Of a stretch of 64,000 bases of DNA, positions 1-12,180 are shown one piece after another. Each line of letters opens with the position of its first letter. Position 1 is the first letter of the stretch. A program made the translations under genes and the position numbers. Below the pieces are notes generated by a model. It ran no database searches. It had not been told where the DNA came from and saw only the letters and a program-made list of their open reading frames with translations. The stretch comes from Octopus sinensis (taxonomy: Eukaryota), in assembly GCF_006345805.1 (NCBI RefSeq), contig NC_042999.1:152458001-152522000 (forward strand), given 5' to 3'.

Positions 1-127
1 AGTGGTCGAGCAATGGTGATGGTGATAGTGGTGGTAGTGGTGTGGTAATGGTAGTAGTAGTGATTAAGGTTGTAGTGCCTGGTGGTCGTCGAGGTCGTAG
101 TTGTGATAACCGAGACAGTGTGTGTGT

Positions 128-170
<43 letters not shown>

Positions 171-475
171 GTGATATAGTTTGTAGCAGTGTGTGGATGG
201 GGTGATTGATTCTGGTAGTGGTTATTATTACAGTTTGGTAGGTAGTGTGGCAAAGACTTGGATCAGGAGTAATTTAAACAAGGAGTGGGGAGGTAAACGT
301 AAAAGACGGACAAAGATTATGTAGAGAGAAATAGAGTATGTGCGTGTGTGCGTTATAGTGGTCGAGCAATGGTGATGGTGATAGTGGTGGTAGTGGTGTG
401 GTAATGGTAGTAGTAGTGATTAAGGTTGTAGTGCCTGGTGGTCGTCGAGGTCGTAGTTGTGATAACTGAGACAGT

Positions 476-522
<47 letters not shown>

Positions 523-685
523 GTGATATAGTTTGTAGCAGTGTGTGGATGGTGGTGATTCTGGTAGTGGTTATTATTACAGTTTGGTAGGTAGTGTGGC
601 AAAGACTTGGATCAGGAGTAATTTAAACAAGGAGTGGGGAGGTAAACGTAAAAGACGGACAAAGATTATGTAGAGAGAAATAGAG
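1..685. repeat. Tandem duplication of a ~330-bp segment (copies 1-336 and 357-685) containing (GT)n
   Basis: 'agtggtcgagcaatggtgat...agagaaatagag' occurs twice; copies differ in (GT)n length, a few substitutions and a small indel. Confidence 0.9.
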
Positions 686-780
686 GAGAAGGCGGATGAG
701 GAGGAGGGAGAGTTGGGGCAGAGGGGAGGTCAGAAGTATGTGTATGCGTGTAGATATGTATGTATGTTTGAGCGTATATA

Positions 781-855
<75 letters not shown>

Positions 856-858
856 TGT

Positions 859-1157
859 GAAGATGCGTGGCTCACTGCTTAGGGCATTCGTAAGGTCGAG
901 AGTCCAATTCTCGGCAACGTGTTGTGTCCTTGAGCAAGGCACTTTATTTTACCTTGCTCTAGTCCACTCAGCAGGCGACAATGAATAGTACCTGTATTTC
1001 AAAGGACCAGCTTTGTCACTCTCTGTGTCAAGCTGAATCTCCCTGAGAACGACGGTAAGGGTACACGTATCTGTGGAGTGCTCAACCATTTGTCCGCTAA
1101 TTGATCCTATCAGCTGGGACCCTCGTCGTCGTAACCGACGGAGTCCCACAACGATAT
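859..1157 (+). mobile_element. tRNA-derived SINE, family A (CORE-like central motif)
   Basis: Decayed tRNA-like head, CORE-like 'tgtgtccttgagcaaggcact', and tail 'cgtcgtcgtaaccgacggagt' shared with several other copies in the window. Confidence 0.85.
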
Positions 1158-1189
1158 ATATATATGTATATTGCTCCTATACGTACATG

Positions 1190-1589
1190 TATCGTTGTGG
1201 CACTCATTCGGTTACAACGACGAGTGTTCCAGCTGATATGATCAACGGAACAGCCTGCTCGTGAAATTAACGTGTAAGTGGCTGAGCACTCCACAGACCC
1301 GTGTACACTTACCTAGTCCTCGGGGAGATTCAGTGTGACACAGAGTGTGATAAGGCAGGACACTTTGAAATACAGGTACAACAGAAACAGGAAGAAAGAG
1401 TGAGAGAAAGTTGCGGTGAAAGAGTAATGTAGGGTTCACCACCAACCTCTGCCGGAACCTCATGGAGCTTTATGTGTTTTAAGTGTTTTCACTCAATAAA
1501 CACTCACAATGCTCGGTCTGGGAGTAGAAACCGCAATCCTATGACCGACCACGAGTCCGCTGCCCGAACCACTGGACCATTGTCCATCC
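1190..1589 (-). mobile_element. tRNA-derived SINE, family A (long-body variant)
   Basis: Reverse complement matches 31488-31834; same strand and sequence as 29251-29625; head with A/B-box-like motifs at the right end. Confidence 0.85.
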
Positions 1590-1602
1590 AATATAGTTAT
1601 TG

Positions 1603-1652
<50 letters not shown>

Positions 1653-1669
1653 TTATATGTATATATATT

Positions 1670-1862
1670 TGAGTGTCGGTGTTGTGCCCCCCCCCCATCG
1701 CTTGACAACCGATGCTGCTGCGTTTAAATTCCTTTAACGTAGCCGTTCGGCAAAAGATTTCGATAGAATAAATACTAGGCTTACAAAGAATAAGTCCTGG
1801 CGTCGATTTCTTCGAGTAAAGTCGGAGCTCCAGAATGGCCGCAGTCAAATAAGTAAAAGAAT
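1670..1862 (+). mobile_element. SINE family B, 3' half
   Basis: 'cgcttgacaaccgatgctg...tactaggcttacaaagaataagtcctgg...atggccgcagtcaaat' repeated many times in the window. Confidence 0.85.
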
Positions 1863-1872
1863 ACACACAGAG

Positions 1873-1934
<62 letters not shown>

Positions 1935-1935
<1 letters not shown>

Positions 1936-2092
1936 CGAGGGGCTTTTTTCAGTATCCGTCTACCAAATCCACTCACAAGGCTTTGGTCTGTCTGTGGCTA
2001 TAGTAGAAGATATTTGTGCAAAGTGCCATGCAGTGGAACTGAACACGGAGCCATGTGGTTGCTAAGCAAGCTACTTGCCACACAGCTACTCC
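1935..2092 (-). mobile_element. SINE family B, 5' half (tRNA-like head)
   Basis: Reverse complement of 'ggagtggctgtgtggtaagtagcttgct...gagtggatttgg' as seen at 11968. Confidence 0.85.
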
Positions 2093-2122
2093 TTTAAATA
2101 TATAGGTAGGTAGGTATATGTA

Positions 2123-2685
2123 CGTGTGTGTGTGTGTGTGTGTGTTTGTGTGTTTGTGTTGTGTATGTATATTTGTCTCTGTATCATAGTGTATGTGTAT
2201 GAGAATGCGTGAGTTGTTTCATGGCGTGATGATGAATACGTGTATATGTGTGTTTATGAGAACGTATGCTTGTGTGTGTGAGTGTCTGTGGGAAAGTGTA
2301 TGCATCGTTGAGTGTAAAACTATGTGTGTGTGTGTGTGTATGGGCGTGCAAATATGTGCTGTATGGGTGTGTGAGATATTGTGTATCAGTATGTGCATGA
2401 CAGCGCATGACAAAGTGAGTATAAGCTTGCATGTGTGAATGTGTGTATATCAGTGCAAGCCTATGTGTGTTTGCGTATGTGTTTGTGGACGAATGTGTAA
2501 TATGTGTGTGTGTCTGTGTGTGTGTGTTTGTAAAAAAGTGTTTCTGTGTGAGGGCGCATGCGTGTGTGTAAATGTGCGTGTGCGTGTGTGTGTACGTCTG
2601 TGTTTGCATGAATGTGTGTCTGTGCTCGTGTGAGTGTGTGTCTGTGTGTGTGATTGAGTGTGTTTGTGTGTGTGTGTGTGTGTGG
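2123..2685. repeat. Degenerate (GT)n microsatellite array
   Basis: Direct reading. Confidence 0.9.
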
Positions 2686-2963
2686 TTAATCCGGAGTTGT
2701 TTCGAAGAAAAGTAATGACTTCTGATGTAGCGATACATATATTTCAAAGTGGGGATCCTTAAGGGATGTAGATGCGGTAGACTGGGGTTGTGATTTGTGA
2801 TGGTGGTGGTAGTGGTGGTGGAGTTCGTGTTGAGTAGGGGTTATGTGCAGGGGTTGTTGCGGAGGCGGGTTGTGCCGGGAGAATAAAGAATTTTCCGCTG
2901 ATGGGAAATATTTCTGGCAAAACTTTTACTCTTCAATATATACATACATATTTGCATACGTAG

Positions 2964-3021
<58 letters not shown>

Positions 3022-3557
3022 ACGCACACACACACACACACACGCAAACACACACACATACGCACACATGCATAAATACATAATTACATACACAGGTATG
3101 TACATGATTTTATTATACTTAAATAAGACTATTGTTGAAAGTGACTTCGAAGAATCAGCTATTTAAGCAATCGTCAGGCGATCGCCAAAACTTCGAACTT
3201 ACTATCAACAGTATTCTTTTTTAAGAATAAATTTGTATTCTGAAAATGTAGTTACTCTTCAGGTTAAGTAAGATTGCTTTTATTATAAGTGAACATAAAA
3301 ACTAGCCTCAGTTTATATATAATATCGGGCACCCATACACAAGGTATGTTATGTATTTTGCCAGTTCATGCCCAGGCTGCGATTATAGGCGTAGGAGAAT
3401 ATATTCTCATCAATTTGCCTGGTGTTAAGACACATGGAAACATATGTGTGTTTCTGTGCCTGTGTATATGACTATGCGTTTGTGTGTGTGTGTGTGAGTT
3501 TATAAAGACAAATACTCACATCCATTTTATCGTCTTTGTATACTTCTTTCCATAAAC

Positions 3558-3588
<31 letters not shown>

Positions 3589-3688
3589 TGTATGTATGTA
3601 TGTATGTATGTATGTATGTATGTATGTATGTATATATGTACATATATGCGCATATATGTATATGTATATGTATATCTATATCTGTCTG

Positions 3689-3745
<57 letters not shown>

Positions 3746-3873
3746 ACATTTGCGCATGTGTGTGTGTGTGCATAGAAAACAGAGTTATTTTATTCAACAT
3801 GGGTAGAAATATACGAAAATAGAAGTCGAAAATACACTGAGAATAGTTAAAATATATTTTAATATATTTGAAG

Positions 3874-3911
3874 CTTTAACCGGTTTCACAGTTTACACTG
3901 ATTTTCAAAAG
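3874..3911 (-). ncRNA. Degenerate minimal hammerhead-ribozyme motif in a Penelope-type fragment
   Basis: Minus strand: CUUU-(UGAAAA core remnant)-CAG/CUG stem II-GAAA-CCGG-UU-AAAG; 5' catalytic box is mutated. Confidence 0.4.
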
Positions 3912-4164
3912 AGTTCAGGTAGAAAGACGTGTCTTATGTCGCAGGTGTTATGCTTCTGACTAGTGTTTGAAACTTGCTCTATTTTTATAGGGAGCTCATG
4001 GCTCAGATTAGTATACGATTTGAATAGGATTTGATTGGTAGAGGATAGTCACATGGGTGGCCTTAGAAATTTTTGTAGGTTCCCTGCTACATCTGCGTGT
4101 TAGTGATAACTGACAATGTTTGGCGTCGTAAGTTAAGGCTAACACAGTTGACTGAACATCTCCA

Positions 4165-4312
4165 AACAATCACATTAGTCACTGGACTACTGGATAGAAT
4201 AAGTACTAGGCCGACAAAATTAAGTCCTGAGGGTCGATTTGTTCGATTAAAGGCGGTGCTCCAGCATGGCCGCAGTCAACCGACTGAAACAAATAAAAGA
4301 ATAAAAGAATAT
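4165..4312 (+). mobile_element. SINE family B, 3' fragment
   Basis: 'gatagaataagtactagg...ggcggtgctccagcatggccgcagtc'. Confidence 0.8.
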
Positions 4313-4554
4313 ATGTGAGTGTGTATATATGTACATATAAATTATATTATGTTATGAATATGTTATACTTTATTAGATTATATGATATCATATTACACAT
4401 GTGTGCATATGTGTGTGTTGGTGTGTGTAATAACATCAATGTGCTTTCATTTTCCACATTAATATACACGGAAGCAGTTAATAATAACCTGTTTAGTTTG
4501 CGAAGTATAAAATGAATTTGATTATCTTCTCGTCTTGTATCGACAACGATGGAC

Positions 4555-4569
4555 AAGGTCACGACAACC

Positions 4570-4609
<40 letters not shown>

Positions 4610-4857
4610 AGACGACGATGAAGTCGATGCGACGGTGCTGATGATGACACTGATGCTGCTGCTGCTGATGATGATAACGATAATAGTGAGGATGACTACG
4701 ACGACGACAATGATGATGGTGACAATCTCATATTGGCTGTATGTCACAAATTTCCTTGATTGAGAAATGCCTTCTATGCGATCTAATTCCAGTTCTGTAA
4801 CTGCATCATCATCGTCCTCCTCCTCCTCCTCCTCCTCCTCCTCCTCATCATCATCAT

Positions 4858-4894
<37 letters not shown>

Positions 4895-4922
4895 GTCATC
4901 TTCATCTTCACCACCACCACCT
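4555..4922. repeat. Compound (GAC/GAT)n and (TCC/TCA)n trinucleotide arrays
   Basis: Direct reading. Confidence 0.9.
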
Positions 4923-6398
4923 TACCATCCCTGCAAAAAGTGCAAAAGATTATTTTAATTGGTACGTCACATGTATCGAGAAGAGCGTTGTCGCTGTGAA
5001 TTTTCTTTCCTTATTCTCTCGCTTTTCTCCTTTTTTCTTTTTTCATTTTTTTCTTTTCTTCCCTTCTCTCTGTTTTCTTTTTCTTTTTCTTTTTGCTTTT
5101 ATTCCATTCTGGGGTCGATTTGTTCGGCTAAAACACTCCAAAGCGATGCTCCTACATAGCTGCAGTCAAATAACTATTCTCGTCGGGAAAGGAAGCACAG
5201 GCATTTGTCACACACTTTTCCCAAATTCTTTTCTTCCTGGTGTTGATCCATGCTCTACAATATTTTCTAGCTTACTAGTTGATTAAATTTACTATAAAAA
5301 TTTAGGCTATTTCCCATAGAATTTTTCAAGATTCTAATAACTGTTTTGACTGCGTTTATAAATATACCTTGTGCAATTATAACATATTTTCCTTCTTTAT
5401 ATTTTACGTCTTCTGTTTTTCAAAGTAGGTGATGTATACTTTGTTTCATCCATTAGAGAGGGTCTCCTTTTACAACCACCTCAGCTAACGGCATGATTAC
5501 AAATATATTTCGAAAATTGTGTGACAACAATAAATAATTGTTTGAAAATACAAAATCGTTTTGTTTCAAAAATTTGAAAAAGTACAAGGAATGCATCTCA
5601 ACTCTTTCTAAAGAAATCCAATTTTAGCATACAATCCTATAATTTTTACAAAACCTCAAAAGCTCTTAGAAAAACGCCTGTCGCTTTGTAATTCCAAATA
5701 AAAAAAGAGATTTCTTTTATTTGATCTTAGCAGAGGATAAAGATGTTTTCGTTATAATCGAATTATAGATTTTGTGAAGATGAGCGTAGAATTCTCCTCA
5801 AATCATATACGAATGTTTGTCTGTGTATATGTATGCATGCATGTATGTATGTATGTATGTATGTATGTATGTATGTATGTATGTATGTATGTATGTATGT
5901 ATGATGTATGTATGTGTGCACACAAGGATTCAGGGACTTGTTGATCGAAAAAATAACGAACCCGAATACCGTACATTGGTCACCACCTGGTAACATACTC
6001 TCTTTAATACCAAGTGACATCCTACATATAAACTTCCACCTCTGAAACACAGACCATACTTTCAAACCCACCACTGTAAACACAAACATAACGTGTATTT
6101 ATATGTCAGCAAAATTAAAACCACTGCCTAAATTTATCTTCCTAAAAGACTCATCCTTAGAACGAATACACCCACCTATCAATCCACCACTGTATAAAAT
6201 AACATGAATCTTGGAAGGCAACACTTGAAGTCTATGACGTATTTCTCTTTCCTATGCCTGATCTATTTTACTAAATTTTACTCCACTCACACTCTAAGTC
6301 TTGCTCCTATTCTTCTTACGCCTTCTTCAATAAGATAAATATACTGTATCTATTAGTAACTGACTCTTGTATGCATCGGCTCTCCTAAACATTTAGAC

Positions 6399-6521
6399 CC
6401 TCTGATGGAGCCTAGAGGCACACTCAACATCCAAACGCTATCTACCCATCCATATTGAACAATGAAGAGATGGAGTTAGCATGGAGGATACCGTGGCCTT
6501 TTGGTAGAAACGGCCGTTAGG
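6399..6521 (+). ncRNA. Hammerhead-like motif with ~98-nt stem II domain
   Basis: CCU-CUGAUGG(6402-6408)...GAAA(6507-6510)-CGGCCG palindrome-UU-AGG; stem I CCU/AGG. Confidence 0.5.
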
Positions 6522-6894
6522 AACTAATCTTTTAATCTTTTACTCTTTTATGCATTAGTAATATATATTTGTGTAGCACACACTCTTTGCATGTGTATGT
6601 TTTCTTATAATATTCCGTTTTGTTTTGGAATAAATAGACATAATAGAAAGTCTACCGACTGATGTATGTCATTTTTGTATCCTCTCCATTTTCATTTTTG
6701 CCGTATAAATTAAGGGTAAACCACTTTTTATCCTCGCCCATATATAACACTTGATTGCGAAATTGCCAAGCAATAACCAATACTTGGGTATTAATAATTG
6801 GGCACATTACCAGCAGTATATTGGATTGGTACTATCCCTTTGGTTGGCTTCCCAACCTTTAACTCGCATGGAAATATATATATATATATATATA

Positions 6895-6988
<94 letters not shown>

Positions 6989-7024
6989 CAAACACATATA
7001 TATAATACATATATATATATTTTC

Positions 7025-7240
7025 TTTTTTTCTTTTACTTCTTTCGGTCATTTGACCGTGGCCATGCTCGAGCACCGCATTTAGTCGAGCAAATAGAGCC
7101 CAGGACTTATTCTTTGTAAGCCTAGTACTTATTCTATCGGTCTCTTTTGCCGAACCACTAAGTTACGGGGACGTAAACACACCGAAATCCGTTGGCAAGT
7201 GATGGTGGGAGGAGGGGACAAACCAGGCACACAAACACAT
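7025..7240 (-). mobile_element. SINE family B, 3' half
   Basis: Reverse complement of the family B tail. Confidence 0.85.
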
Positions 7241-7258
7241 ACATACATACATATATAC

Positions 7259-7289
<31 letters not shown>

Positions 7290-7337
7290 CATACATACAT
7301 ACATACATACATACATACACATACATGTTCTTTGAAT

Positions 7338-7404
7338 ATTTTGCTGAGGATGGGAAATAAGTTATCTTTATTGCTTAATCCTGAAATTGGACCCAATACA
7401 CAAT
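7338..7404 (+). ncRNA. Type I hammerhead ribozyme motif, intact core
   Basis: CUGAGGA(7344-7350), stem II GGGA/UCCU, GAAA(7383-7386), stem III UUG-gacc-CAA, AUA cleavage triplet, stem I with one mismatch. Confidence 0.65.
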
Positions 7405-7680
7405 TCACTGTAAAGTTACATTTAATATTTTTTTATTTGCTCGCTTACAACCTGTGTTTTTTAGGAGTTATAAAGTGTTTTTTTTTTGGCGCCTTTAGCA
7501 CAACTTTCAGCATTTTGGAGAAAGTAATTTCCTAATCTCTTTAATATAATTATATCATTATATATATGATTATTAAGTTACTATATAAATTACCTACAAG
7601 TTTTTATTTCATGCTTCCCATTCGATAAAATCATTAACTTGATTTTATCCTGAATTAAGAATAAATAATGATATAATAAT

Positions 7681-7730
<50 letters not shown>

Positions 7731-7971
7731 TAATATATATATATTATAACACCCTGACACTAGTCTGCAGATGCCTGACCAGCAAGGGGAAGCAGCTGAT
7801 CTCCCCTGTCCGAAGGTTATAATGGACAAAGGTTCGTGTTTTCACACAGCTAGCTAGAGGCGATGGCCTCTTGGAGCTAATCAACGGCAGCTTTCGTCCT
7901 ATAGTTATTGACTGCCATATTACTATTAATATCCAGTACCGCTGCCGTAGTCTCCTTTATAGAAACTTAGA

Positions 7972-7972
<1 letters not shown>

Positions 7973-8032
<60 letters not shown>

Positions 8033-8077
8033 TTAATAATAATAATAATAATAATAATGATAATAATAATAATAATA
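7973..8077. repeat. (AAT)n microsatellite
   Basis: Direct reading. Confidence 0.95.
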
Positions 8078-8253
8078 CGTTTAAATATTTGTTGTGCAAG
8101 ATTTTTTATGTGAAGTCGTGTGTTGAAACAGATATTGTTATATTTCGGAATGGTCATATTGCTAGTTTAGCCAATAAAAACACACGCACTATATATTTGG
8201 TGTTATTTTGCTTCAGTGATATTTATTTTTTACATTAATCTTAATCTTATTTC

Positions 8254-8298
8254 GGCCAGAGTTCTTTCGTCACACTCCTGTGACCGCATCAGTGGTCC
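8254..8298 (-). ncRNA. Minimal hammerhead-like motif (left arm)
   Basis: Reverse complement of 8999-9043. Confidence 0.6.
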
Positions 8299-8621
8299 TT
8301 TGTTTTCTTCTTTCGTATTTGTGTCTTTCCTTACTAACCGTCAGCCATTTTGTATTTCTATTGTATGTCTTCATTTGCGCATGCTTATATCTCTATGTGC
8401 GTCTATGTTTATTTAGTGTGTGTGTGTGGGGGGGGGAGAATGCCTGTAATATTTGTATCTTCTGTTTATATACATTCATGTAATTTGTATTTTGTTTTTG
8501 TTGTTGTTGCTTTCGTTCTAATTTTGTTCATGTGTTTACATCCACCCATTATTATCATTACATATGCTTGTATGTATGTATAACAACAATATTAGTAATA
8601 ATAATAATAAATCTAATCGAA

Positions 8622-8670
<49 letters not shown>

Positions 8671-8998
8671 TATATATATATACATATACACATATATATA
8701 CACATATACATATATATATATATATATATACATATACATACAAGATATATATACATATATATAGTTACTCATTTCTATTTGTTTATTTATCTGTGTATTT
8801 ATTTATTATGTTTTCGGGATCCTCTATCGTCATATGTTGTGGTGTGTGCTATTGCTCCATTCTAGTTTTCTATTCAGGCTAGGTTTATTTTCTGTTATAT
8901 GTGTAGCTTCTGTAATTTGTCTAATGAAGACATACAATAGAAATACAAAATGGCTGACGGTTAGTAAGGAAAGACACAAATACGAAAGAAGAAACAAA

Positions 8999-9043
8999 GG
9001 ACCACTGATGCGGTCACAGGAGTGTGACGAAAGAACTCTGGCC
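8999..9043 (+). ncRNA. Minimal hammerhead-like motif (right arm)
   Basis: GGaCCA-CUGAUGC-g-GUCACA-ggag-UGUGAC-GAAA-G-aa-C-UC-UGGCC; A9 replaced by C. Confidence 0.6.
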
Positions 9044-9173
9044 AAATTAAGATTAAGATTAATGTAAAAAATAAATACCACTGAAGCAAAATAACACCAA
9101 ATATATAGTGCGTGTGTTTTTATTGGCTAAACTGGCAATATGACCATTCCGAAATATAACAATAATAATAATA

Positions 9174-9205
<32 letters not shown>

Positions 9206-9308
9206 CCGGAGTAAACACATAAATGTGAAACAAGGTGGAAAAAAGAGTACTCAAATACCAGTGGTAGAGTAATATGCTTTATTTTAAGCAGCAGAAAATT
9301 CAACAAAT

Positions 9309-9346
9309 CTGTTACTCTGAGTTTCTCGTTGCCGTTCATCAGACAG
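9309..9346 (-). ncRNA. Minimal type I hammerhead ribozyme motif (mirror copy)
   Basis: Reverse complement of 9363-9400. Confidence 0.7.
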
Positions 9347-9362
9347 TTTTTGCTAGCAAAAA

Positions 9363-9400
9363 CTGTCTGATGAACGGCAACGAGAAACTCAGAGTAACAG
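9363..9400 (+). ncRNA. Minimal type I hammerhead ribozyme motif, intact core
   Basis: CUGU-CUGAUGA-aCG-gcaa-CGa-GAAA-CUC-a-GAG-UA-ACAG: 4-bp stem I, GNRA-capped stem II, quasi-palindromic stem III, GUA triplet. Confidence 0.7.
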
Positions 9401-9439
9401 ATTTTGTTGAATTTTCTGCTGCTTAAAATAAAGTATATA

Positions 9440-9478
<39 letters not shown>

Positions 9479-9585
9479 TGGGTTTATGCAAACAAGTGCT
9501 TACGGTAGGTCCTCTCAAGGTAAGAGACGAAGTATTCTGTGCTCCAATATAAAACATCCAAGCTGGAAGTAAACTTTTCCTTTCC

Positions 9586-9745
<160 letters not shown>

Positions 9746-9852
9746 AGGGCCTTTTATGTTCTTGTCTTGTTTTCAATTTTTTTCTCTCGTTGTTCGCCAA
9801 AATGTTTGTCTTCGTATTTCATGTTGTTTACGTTTTGTGACACCCTGTGTCG

Positions 9853-9888
9853 CTTTCTGTAGAGGAGCCTAGGCTCGAAACGTAAAAG
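9853..9888 (+). ncRNA. Minimal hammerhead-like motif (core variant CUGUAGA)
   Basis: CUUU-CUGUAGA-g-GAGC-cuag-GCUC-GAAA-CG-UA-AAAG. Confidence 0.55.
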
Positions 9889-10111
9889 ACTTTTTCAATT
9901 CCTGAGCGTTATACTAATACATCTGTTTGTTTTGTACACCACCTGTCTTCATCTTTTATTTTTTTTCGTGAACTCTCCCTATACACACACACATATATAT
10001 AAACATATATATGCCGGTATGTACATATATGTATCTATATATATATGCCTATATATATATACATATACATATGTATATATAAATATACATATTTTATATA
10101 TATATATGTGC

Positions 10112-10142
<31 letters not shown>

Positions 10143-10318
10143 TATATATACATATATATACACGAATATATACTTATATGCACATATATATGTACACACA
10201 CACACATATATATATATACATATATATGATATTATAAGGATATGATATATGTGTATATGGTATATGCATATATATATTTATATATACATGTATGTATAGA
10301 TATTTACATATTTATACG

Positions 10319-10343
<25 letters not shown>

Positions 10344-10376
<33 letters not shown>

Positions 10377-10553
10377 GAAATGAGATAGAGGTTGAGAAGG
10401 AAGACAGACAAACAGGTTGACAGAGGGAGGGAAAAGACTACATCCATAGATGTGTGGATAAAAATATTTTGCGAGATATCTTTACGCCTTCTACTGTAGC
10501 CCAAGACAGGTGAATATATGCTTATATATATATAATATATGTGTGTGTGTGTA

Positions 10554-10592
<39 letters not shown>

Positions 10593-10765
10593 CATATATT
10601 CACCTGTCTTGGGCTACAGTAGAAGGCGTAAAGATATCTCGCAAAATATTTTTATCCACACATCTATGGATGTAGTCTTTTCCCTCCCTCTGTCAACCTG
10701 TTTGTCTGTCTTCCTTCTCAACCTCTATCTCATTTCTCTCTCTGTCTCTCTCTCTCTCTCTCTCT
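10344..10765. repeat. Near-perfect inverted duplication of ~175 bp (arms 10344-10521 and 10591-10765) around a (TA)/(TG) spacer
   Basis: Unique sequence 'gaggttgagaagg...gacaggtgaatatatgc' reappears as its reverse complement. Confidence 0.9.
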
Positions 10766-10766
10766 G

Positions 10767-10817
<51 letters not shown>

Positions 10818-11910
10818 GTACATGTATGTATCAAATAATATATATATGTAAACATATAATTCTCACTCTCTGTCTATTGCTGTATCTACCTTCCCCACTC
10901 CTCATACACACATCTCCATGTGTGAATTGTTTCACAGTGTTACCCACCCAGTATTTGATATCCCAACGGCACGTATTTGTGCAAGAAAGGAAATTGTGAC
11001 ATGCATGTGGTATAACTCTGTTTATGAGATTCCTTGTAAATGACAAATTTTACAACCACGTCGCAACCAGCACAGCATTGACGGCGACCAACCACCAACG
11101 GCACCAACACCACGAGTTGCAGCAGAGTAAAAGAGAAGGAAAGAAAAAATATATATATAAGAAGCAAACCAGCGATGTAATAATAATAACAGTAATAATA
11201 ACTCGGTGTCTATTTTATTTCGCTTTTATTTGGTGCAGCCATCTTGTGAGCGAGGTTTTCTGGCATCGCTTCATGCTGGTAATTCTTGGCTATGGCACTA
11301 TCAATGGGAAATGATGTCTCACCATCACGCAAACACCATGCGGCACATTAACTACCAAATTATAACAACAACAGCAACAGCAACAATAATAATAATAATG
11401 ATAATAATAATAATACCAACGGGGACAACGTCAACAGCAACGGTAAAACAATAACAGTAATAGGAAAAATAATAGTAATTATAAGAGTAACGTCATTATC
11501 ATCAGGTGCCAATAACACACACAGACATAGGCAGACATATACAGAAACACACACACACATACACACACACATACGAATATTTATACTCACGTAAACACAT
11601 GCGTAGATGTATGCACGGGAGTAAGACGTAAAAAATGGAAATCATCCTTAGAGCAACTTACTGCTATAATAACAATAATAATGCTTTCAGCAGCCGGAGA
11701 AATGAATTAACCTTTTCTTTCTCTTGTTTTTAGTGGTGTTCAATTAACTCTAGTCAGCTGTCTGGCACCAAAAGGGACTAAAAATAATACGTGTATGCGT
11801 GTGTGTATATTTCATACATACATACATACAGGCATGCATATATATATGCGTGTGTGTGTGTGTGTGTAATATAAATGTACATGCATGTATATATTGTACA
11901 CATATATATG

Positions 11911-11948
<38 letters not shown>

Positions 11949-11951
<3 letters not shown>

Positions 11952-12180
11952 CGCAGAAGTGGCTGATAGGCGCAGGAGTGGCTGTGTGGTAAGTAGCTTG
12001 CTTACCAACCACATGGTTCCGGGTTCATTCCCACTGCGTGACACATTGGGTAAGTGTCTTCTACTATAGCCTCGGGCCGACCAAAGCCTTGTGAGTGGAT
12101 TTGGCAGGCGGAAACTGAAAGAAGCCCATCGTATATATATATATGTGTGTGTGTTTGTGTGTGTGTGTTTGTGTATATAT
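11949..12180 (+). mobile_element. SINE family B, 5' half, with a short duplicated 5' tip
   Basis: 'ggcgcagaagtggctgataggcgcaggagtggctgtgtggtaag...gggttcattccc' (A/B-box-like). Confidence 0.85.

Larger units (their letters stand above)
8133..9164. mobile_element. Inverted pair of ~240-bp Penelope-type terminal-repeat fragments (arms 8133-8375 and 8923-9164)
   Basis: Arms are near-identical reverse complements; each carries a hammerhead-like motif pointing outward; spacer contains (TA)n. Confidence 0.75.
9277..9433. repeat. Zero-spacer palindrome, ~78-bp arms, centre 'gct|agc' at 9354/9355
   Basis: Arms are exact reverse complements except for one homopolymer indel. Confidence 0.95.
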
